DNA of 64,000 bases from Amphiscolops sp. MND2022 (taxonomy: Eukaryota), in assembly GCA_964187785.1 (NCBI GenBank), contig OZ076414.1, forward strand, positions 50,158,001-50,222,000, written 5' to 3'. The stretch's first letter is position 1. Each line of letters starts with the position of its first letter. This document shows positions 10,601 to 18,400 of this stretch, in pieces. A program made the position numbers and the translations under genes. Under the pieces are notes generated by a model, which was not told where the DNA came from, did no database searches, and saw only the letters and a program-made list of their open reading frames with translations.

Positions 10601-11928
10601 ATGACTAGTACGTATTGTATTGCTGATGCTGCTTCCCGCGACTACAGGGCCCACCGCGATGAAGTTAATTTCAAGTAAGTTGTTCATTTCTTTTCGAGTT
10701 TTGGGAAACTTCTAGGATGAAATTCAAAAATATGGCTCCATAGCATTAAAGAATTTTGTTCGGAGATTAATGTGAACTAATTTTCAAAGTCATATGTAGA
10801 GTCAGATTGAAGGGCGTTCACTTTGAAAGTTGAGAAGTTGATCATTTTGTTCTGTTCTTACAGCGTTACTGACGCATCACAGTTGTCGGAAAAGGATGCT
10901 GCGTTGCATAATTCTAATCAAAAACGCATTGAAGACATTTGGGAGTTCTTACGCGAGGGTTCTGCTATGTTCCGTCTGGGCGTTCCCTCTTTTGACATTG
11001 TCACGTTGCAAGAAGGGGAAGAATTGCCATGTTTCCCAAGTGCTCCAACGAAGGTGATCGGAGGGAATGTTATTCAGCCTTCGCCAGATCTTGAAAAATT
11101 ATCGAAAGAAAAGAGTCTCACCCGACGGAAGTTTCTGAACAGGGTTATTGTAGAAGAAGACAATGGAGAGCGAGCGTGCCCTGTGCTGCCTGGTTCGACC
11201 ATCTTCCTTGAATGTTACCTGCCCGCTGGAAAGGAGATGTTCAAGTACCAAAATTTCGGAGGGTCGCAGGAAAGAAGTTTCACTGCAACAAGAGGCTGGT
11301 GGTATACTGCGTCCCATTTCGAACCAGCAATGGGTGAGAGTGTGAGTCAACTGTTGGTTTCCGGTGATGGTCAAAAGGTTCGGTATTGGTATTTCTAAAA
11401 AGAGCAAACACAACCAACAGGTCAGTACAAGAAATTTTATTGGTTTTTTTTCTTTAGTTTTGGTTAACCACCAATTGTGAGAGGACTGCCCGTCTCGCGT
11501 TGAACGCCTTCACCACTCTCAATTCTTTTCTGGATTTCCTCTCAAGTGAACCCCAGAGATGGTACAAAGGGTTCCGCTGGTGCCTGCAGAGACCCGGAGA
11601 GACTGTGTTGCTGCCTGCTGGGTCGGTTCATCTGGTTGTAACAAGGCCCCCCGGTGGCGATCAAAGCTGCTGGACCTTTCTGCCTGGATACATCGGCTGG
11701 ATTGAGGGTGTCGACCGGGAACGATTAATGCGTTCCATGCGCTGTGATTTCCGCAGAGGCTTCGAAAAGACTCCTGAAGAGATGGCAAAGTTGAAAGGGA
11801 ACCACTGGGGGAAGTTTCAGGAGCTAGGTTTGGGAGCAAGCGGAACTGGAACTGCTCAACCCATCAACAGCAGTAAAAAATCGAAGAAAAGGAAGCGTTG
11901 TAACGGGCGCTTCGTGAAATCAGACTAA
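10601..11928 (+). CDS. Spliced antisense JmjC-domain 2OG/Fe(II) dioxygenase. Exons 10601-10674, 10864-11377, 11458-11928 (352 aa; 368 aa if the in-frame ATG at 10553 is used)
   Basis: Intron 1 GTAAGT...TTACAG (10675-10863, phase 2) and intron 2 GTTCGG...TCTTTAG (11378-11457, phase 0) join the frames exactly. Spliced product has YTASHFEP (HxE), GDGQK|FWL (K-x-W), QRPGETVLLPAGSVHLVVT (distal His) and a basic tail KKSKKRKR. Confidence 0.82.
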
Positions 11929-12003
11929 GTATACATTTTTTTTTGAATTTCATGTATTTTTTTTTTGTTTTCTTCCTGCATGCAAAGTGGACCGTGAATG
12001 AAG

Positions 12004-14259
12004 TTAGAGCTCAGTGGCCTCTTGATCATGTTTTCTCAGCCTCGATAAATACTGCCTCAGGAATGTATAAGTTGACTTTTTGTCGGCTGTTTCATTGAAA
12101 TCGGATTGAATTTCCAAGGGTAGGACCAATGCACATTTATGTAATGGGTGCTCAGGATGTGCTTGGAGAAATTCATAGTCTTCAGGTTTGACTACAGATA
12201 CCGGCAAAGTTTTGATTTTACGCCCCTCGTGTAATGTTCGAAAAGGAAATCTTTTGTGTATTTTAATCCATTTATGGATAAGATACGAATAGCCCCAATG
12301 AAGTGCGATGCTAATAACGAAAGACAATAACCCAAAACACAAAGACCATTTCCAGGGAATGTACTGCCCAAATTTTGCGTCAAATTCTGGCTTCATATGA
12401 CGTAACTTTGAAACAATAGGTGCAGCCAATTTATGTAAAGCTTCCCGATCCGGTGCGGAAGTTTCCAGGAATTGAAATTTCGGTTGAATGTCATCAAAGA
12501 CTTGCTGTTGCGCTTTCGCGATCGAACTGAAATGTGGTAATTCTTCCAATGGAGGAATCAGTTCGAAAATGTTTGCTAAAGGATCAGGTAAGGTTACGTC
12601 CAAACGAATACTTGGTAATAACGCACAAGCTGATAAGTCCGATCGTAGTCTGATGTTATCTCCTGCCAGTTGTCGCCCGCATGCCAAGGTTAAGATGCAA
12701 ACCCTGCAACCAGGGTGCTCGATTCTTTCTAACGGATTGCTGCCATTGCTGGCGGTTTCCACCAACTTGTAATTCGAAGAAGCTGCCATTATGAGCCAAC
12801 GTTCAAAGCCGATGTTTTGCGCTTTTTCTGCCCTTGGTAGTTGAATAATATCCATCTTGCACCGTTCGATTGCCATCATGTGGTCACTGTGAAAAAACAA
12901 AGTGGCCAGACATGAATGCTTTGACGTGTCGGTAGGAATAGCCTTGGTGCAAATTGAAAATCTTGTTGAACCAATGCACAAATCAAGATCTTCGTCGTTG
13001 ATGAGAGCAAGTTCCTGATTATCCATCGAAATGGCTAGGTATTTTGCCTCGGGTCTCCAAAGGAACGCTCTCCCCGACTGTCCATCTGGCATCGGTATTG
13101 GTATCGCGTGTAAAACATTTAGCACGGTAGTTCTCGAAGCCATTGGGATCGCAAGTGTAAGCATTAAACCAGCCTTTGTAGGTACAACATTCGTTACAAG
13201 TTTTGATTCGTAATATGAAAGAATTTCCTGTGGTGGTATAGCCAAAGTGAGGCGATCAGCATTTCCGGATTCTCCAAGATGAATAGTGGTCAGAATATGT
13301 CTCAATTGTTCTCGAGGAACCAAAGAAATGGGCAAATATTGGTTGATGAGCGGTGCGAGAGCATTTAAGATGTTGATTCGAAAAGCATATAGGGCTGCCC
13401 GGTAACTTTTAATGTTGGTGTATAAGGTTTGAAAAATACTTTGTAAAATGATTGAATGATGTCCGGTCTGCTGTCGAGTGTAGAGATATTGTAAACAATT
13501 TCGCATTTCGTTGGTATTGTTGCGAATGATAGCGAACTGTTTCGAAGCTGCCTCCCAGTTTTTGTTTTGAGTGTCAATAATGACCTGTTGTTTTGCTCGA
13601 ACATCACGTAACTCCCCTGCGACCATGAAAAATTTATCATTTTGCTCACTTGTTATAGTTTTGATTTCATCAGTGATGATGTTCATGTACTGATATGCCG
13701 CTTCAATGTTCTTCTGATTTTGTTTGATCCTGCCATCGTCGCATCCACCAAATACTGTCTTCACTACACAAACAACCTTTGAGCCGGCAATGCCCACGCC
13801 TAAAACTGCAGCGGCTCCAGCCAATATTGCAGTTAAACCCCTCGTCTGCCTATGTAGTTGGGCAGAGTCAGTCCCCGAGTGTCTCAACAGGCTCCCAATT
13901 TCGTCAATTAGATATTTTATATCGCCCTGTGCTTCCTTGTTTTGCTGTAATACCTCATTGGCGATCCATCTTAGACCAGAAGAGTGGTCCTCGAGATTGG
14001 TGAAGTTCAACGGACAGCCGTAGTTTTTATATGTCCATAATTTTTCGATTTCGTTCGAAAGGTCCATGTAGCGCTGTTCTATGACAGCTTCGTATGAAGG
14101 AAAAGGAACCAAGATGTCGATTTTCACAAATTTTTCGGTGAGCAATGTTTGTTGTTTCAAATTGAAGATGACACCCTGTTTCGTTTCGGCGGTCTGGGAG
14201 TTAGTACAGGCAGTTGGGAGTGTTTGTAGGATGAGAAGGGCTGTAATTATAAAAGTCAT
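12004..14259 (-). CDS. env: Envelope fusion glycoprotein (class I, F-type), 751 aa
   Basis: N-terminal signal peptide, RQTR furin-type site followed by the hydrophobic fusion peptide GLTAILAGAAAVLGVGIAG, heptad-rich region, Cys-rich ectodomain, NFT/NNT sequons, TM segment SLCFGLLSFVISIALHWGYSYLI. Confidence 0.9.
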   Translation of the reverse strand: MTFIITALLILQTLPTACTNSQTAETKQGVIFNLKQQTLLTEKFVKIDILVPFPSYEAVIEQRYMDLSNEIEKLWTYKNYGCPLNFTNLEDHSSGLRWIANEVLQQNKEAQGDIKYLIDEIGSLLRHSGTDSAQLHRQTRGLTAILAGAAAVLGVGIAGSKVVCVVKTVFGGCDDGRIKQNQKNIEAAYQYMNIITDEIKTITSEQNDKFFMVAGELRDVRAKQQVIIDTQNKNWEAASKQFAIIRNNTNEMRNCLQYLYTRQQTGHHSIILQSIFQTLYTNIKSYRAALYAFRINILNALAPLINQYLPISLVPREQLRHILTTIHLGESGNADRLTLAIPPQEILSYYESKLVTNVVPTKAGLMLTLAIPMASRTTVLNVLHAIPIPMPDGQSGRAFLWRPEAKYLAISMDNQELALINDEDLDLCIGSTRFSICTKAIPTDTSKHSCLATLFFHSDHMMAIERCKMDIIQLPRAEKAQNIGFERWLIMAASSNYKLVETASNGSNPLERIEHPGCRVCILTLACGRQLAGDNIRLRSDLSACALLPSIRLDVTLPDPLANIFELIPPLEELPHFSSIAKAQQQVFDDIQPKFQFLETSAPDREALHKLAAPIVSKLRHMKPEFDAKFGQYIPWKWSLCFGLLSFVISIALHWGYSYLIHKWIKIHKRFPFRTLHEGRKIKTLPVSVVKPEDYEFLQAHPEHPLHKCALVLPLEIQSDFNETADKKSTYTFLRQYLSRLRKHDQEATEL

Positions 14260-14307
14260 TTTGAATTTTTTTTGTGAAATTTATTTCGAGGCTTACTATT
14301 CTTTCGT

Positions 14308-14688
14308 CTAGCCAGGGATGCCGCGGCAGGGCGGGGTGGGCACTCGTTCGTTTTGTTCAGAGCCAGATTGTGCAGCGCGGATGAAATTGGTTGGGGCTTT
14401 ATACATTTTCATGAGCTCGGACTTAACAGTTTGGAAGCGGACTTCATCCCACATGTTGAAGGCTGGTTTCCGGAAGTTATTCGAATGTAGATACAAAGTG
14501 AATTCAATCCATCTGGGGCTCATATATTCAAAGTTTACTACTTGGTTGTTATGTAATGTTAGTTCGAGGTTTTGGTTCAGCAGGCGAATACTTTTGATGG
14601 CATATACGGTGTCGTTATAAAGACAATTCCAGTTCATTGGCAAAGGGGTTTTGGTTAGAGGCATTTCAAAAGGTGTCAACATAAACAA
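14308..14688 (-). CDS. Small ORF (up to 126 aa) directly upstream of env, unknown function
   Basis: Open frame flanked by AT-rich non-coding DNA; stop lies 48 nt before the env ATG; globular-looking composition. Confidence 0.55.
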   Translation of the reverse strand: MFMLTPFEMPLTKTPLPMNWNCLYNDTVYAIKSIRLLNQNLELTLHNNQVVNFEYMSPRWIEFTLYLHSNNFRKPAFNMWDEVRFQTVKSELMKMYKAPTNFIRAAQSGSEQNERVPTPPCRGIPG

Positions 14689-15496
14689 AGAATAAATACA
14701 ATGAATATATGTTTTTTAATTAATTCGATTAAATGAAGAATTGTGTGAATTTTGAGTAACTTTAAGCGGTAAAAGAATTATGAGTTAACTAGTTGAAATG
14801 AAGTTGTGGTTATTTGCAACAAATTGTAAGTTAATGAGTAGGTTAATAGAAGTTATAAAATAACACTAAGTAAAAGAAGTGAATTGTTATTAAGTGTAAT
14901 GAATAATAAGTTGAATTAAAAACGAATAATTTTAATGAAATGTGGTTGATAATGTACGTGAAATAAATAGGTAAAAGATTTGAAAATTTGGAGTTCAGAA
15001 TGCAAGAGTCAAGTTTGTTGTTCGTGTAGAAGCAAGAAGTTCGTTGAATGAAGCGAATTTTTATTATTTTTTTGTTCATCGAATTTGAGCCAATCAAAGC
15101 GCAGTATTCATCTTAGCCAATAAGCAAGTACTGCAGCCAATTGTTAAGAGCTTGATTTCAGCTTCAATTGCCGGGAGCCAGTGAAAATGCCTTATTGGGC
15201 GTGATTTATTCGGAATTTCGGTAACCAAAGCGAGGAGGGCGCACGATTGATTAAGCAGCAATGACATAAGATTGCATCCAATCGCTTTCACGACCAAACG
15301 ACCCAATGGATATATTCTAAGTCGTGTTTTTTTTCAGCAAAATGAAGACTAAACACAGAGCACGATTGATTAATGAAGCAATGATTGGATAAAGCTCTCA
15401 ATCGCCTAAGCAACTGTAAGAATGGTTTCATTTATTTTGCGCGTTTAACATGAGTGCATTGAGCAATTGATTAAGGACACAATGTAATATAATGAC

Positions 15497-18400
15497 TCAA
15501 TCGCTTCCACTGTCGTAACTAAGATGTTGACGCAAATTACCATCAATGAGTTTTTGATGTAAAAGTAAAGGCACTACCCGTCGATTATGTGTTCTGGTGT
15601 TTTGTGGTCCTGTCTGTTGTCTGATTCGGCTGGTAAGCGGTGTTGGAGATGATACTTTCCGAGGTGGAGATGGAGATCGACTTATTGAAGGTTGTTCGCC
15701 GGAACTTGAGTAGTCTGAAATGGAATTCTTCGGACTTCGAAAGTGAAATAATGTCGTTTGTTCTCCGTTTGCATCACTGTCATTCGCTGGCAGTGTACTA
15801 GCGTCCGAAAAGTTGTCAATATCGTTGGCGTCGAAAAGTCTCCCGAATTCAATTTCGGAATCTGAATCCGGGCCGATAGGTTGGTTTATGTTAACGTCAT
15901 CGTTGGGAAAGTGAAGTATGACTGATACTTCCTCTTCTTGTTCGTTGATAGCGTGTATTTCGTCATGAACCAACAGAACTTCGGTGTCATTATCGAAAAT
16001 AGATTGAATGATCTTCAATGCTTCTGAGACAATCGTTTTCGGGAACTGTTCCATCTGTATTGCAACTTGCTTCTTCGTTTGTTCGTGCAAAAATGTCTTC
16101 ACATCCTTCAATCCTTGTCTGAAGGCAGGAAGCGAGGAACCGTCCAGCTCATGCTTCCTTACTACAATGAAAATAATGGACTTGCCTTCTATGGTGCGAA
16201 CGATTGTGTCGCCTACGTCTGCCCTTCTGATGGTTTCAAGTAATGCGATAGGTTGTGTAGTGTTGGTTATTCGAAGAAGTTGCTCCAATGTTAAACATTG
16301 CGATATGCAATAGACGGTCTCAAACGTTGGGTTGCATGTTGACTCCAATTGTTGCTCCAAGTGACTGATAGAGTTATACATTGTGAACTGTCTTGCTAGG
16401 GCAAAACGATCGTCGCGTCGCAACGCGTACCTTCGAGTGGCGCCATATCTCGCATCATCGGAAGAAGTTTCGTCCGGGTTGTCGATCCGATAATCGGTAG
16501 TGTCGATGACTTCGGGACCGTCTTCCATCAGAGTTGGGACATGTCCTTCCACTACAAAAGATTCACGGTCAATGGCGTCGTGAAACGTTGGTTCTGATGT
16601 TGTTTTGATAGGACTTGTTGGTAAAGAATCAGGTTGGAAGGTGATGACACTACGTTCCGAGGAAAATTGAATGTTTTTGGTGAGTCCTGGATCAGACACT
16701 GTCTTTCGTTGCTGGAAGATATGCTGAACTATTGCATTGTCGAATAACTCAGGTTCTGTATTTTCATTCGTCAAAGAGGCATCCGGAGCGAAATTTTGCT
16801 CATTGATATCCGGCAAGTCTTCGACGTCAAATTGAGGTTGGCATGGTCTAAGACGCATTCGGTGTAAGCATTGAGTTTCGTTGGTACCAACTTTGCGCAC
16901 AATGTAGTTCGAGTTGGTGAGAACCTTTTCGACACGATAAAGCGGTAACCATTTCAATTTCCCTTTGCTCAAAGGATCATTTTGTGTGACACTTTTCGGT
17001 TCGAGAATTAAGCAGTAAGAATGAAGATCCAAGGGTGTAGCGTTCGCTTTCCTGTCGTAATATTGTCTATAATTATGATAAGCTGCAATCATCGATTCTT
17101 TAGCTCGTTCGAATGATGCAGTGGCTGCATCTTGCAATTCCCGCAAAACTTCGAAGTTTGCTTGTGCGGTTCTCATTTTTGCGTTTTGGAATCGTAAATC
17201 CAATGGAGTAATCGGCGTGCGTCCATGAAAAAGATCAGAAGGCGTGCACCCAATAGATGGATTATAAGTTGTATTGTGAATAAAAACAGCGAAATCCAAA
17301 TATTTATGCCAATTCGTGAAGCTCTCGTTTGAATTCAATTTGAGAATGTGTTTCAACGGTCCATGGCTCCTTTTCACTAAGCCGATGGACTGAGCATGCT
17401 TCAAAGTGCAATTTTTTAACTGAACTTCAAGCTGTGCTGTCAAAGCTGTCATTAGAGTGGAAGTAAAAGCTGTTCCCAAATCGCAAATAATCATCCGTGG
17501 AATGTAAGCGTGTCTCAGGAAGATACTGATCAAGGCTTTGGCAACATTGTCTGATTCTCCTTTTGTCAATGCTACGGCAAACAAGTATCGAGAAAACACA
17601 TCTATTGCAGTCAACACAAATGTGTGAGGAGATGCTTGTAGTTTTCCAACCAAGTCGTTTTGCATCGTGTCTGCTGGGAAATTTCGCTCCGAAGCTACGG
17701 GTTGTAGAGGTGGTTTGAGAGACACTTGCTTGGCTTCTTTCGTTTGTAAACATGTGAGACAGTTCCTGATATAATCAGTGAGAAATTCGGTGAAATTAGG
17801 AAAATAGAAACGTTTCCGAAATTCTGCGATAGTGCGAGTTATACCAATGTGTCCTCTCCATCTGCTGTTGTGTATTCGGTATAGTAATTCTTTTTGTAGG
17901 TGTGCTGGTACACAAAACTGTTCATGTGATACTTTTCCCGTTTGATCGAAAAACTTGCGGTAAAGAACGCCATCTTTCAGCATGAGTCGTGGTAGTTGTT
18001 TGAAGTATTTGAGTTCAGTCGTTTTGAGATATGCCGGGCTAAGAGTTTTGTTGGTACGTATCCATTCGATTACTTTCGAGAGTGATTTATCCTGTCTTTG
18101 TTCCGCTGCTAAATTCAGTGGAAGTTCATTGTTCGTGAAATTGAAATCATCTAGCGGGTTGGGCGAGGCAAGTGCATTGACAGAGTATAATCCGTTCACA
18201 TAGGGATCTGTTGGCTTCTCATCCCAAGGAGTATGTTCTGCAGCTAAGAAATGTGAAATAGAGTTGTCAGGTGTGTTGACAACAAAATCAACGGTAACTG
18301 ATTGTGTAGGTAGTCGGTCGGATATCTTCAATCGTAACTTTTCGTGTGGATTGATGTGTATTCGTGATAGATAGTCAGCGGCAACATTAGTGTTTCCTGG

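Noticed and set aside
11378-11420. Reading exon 2 of the JmjC gene through KVRYWYF-stop, or using the stronger-looking donor CAG|GTCAGT at 11421
   Set aside because: Both leave the stop at 11396-11398 in frame and lose the distal His. Only the 11378 donor restores K-x-W and the full triad; 11421 remains a possible non-productive isoform.
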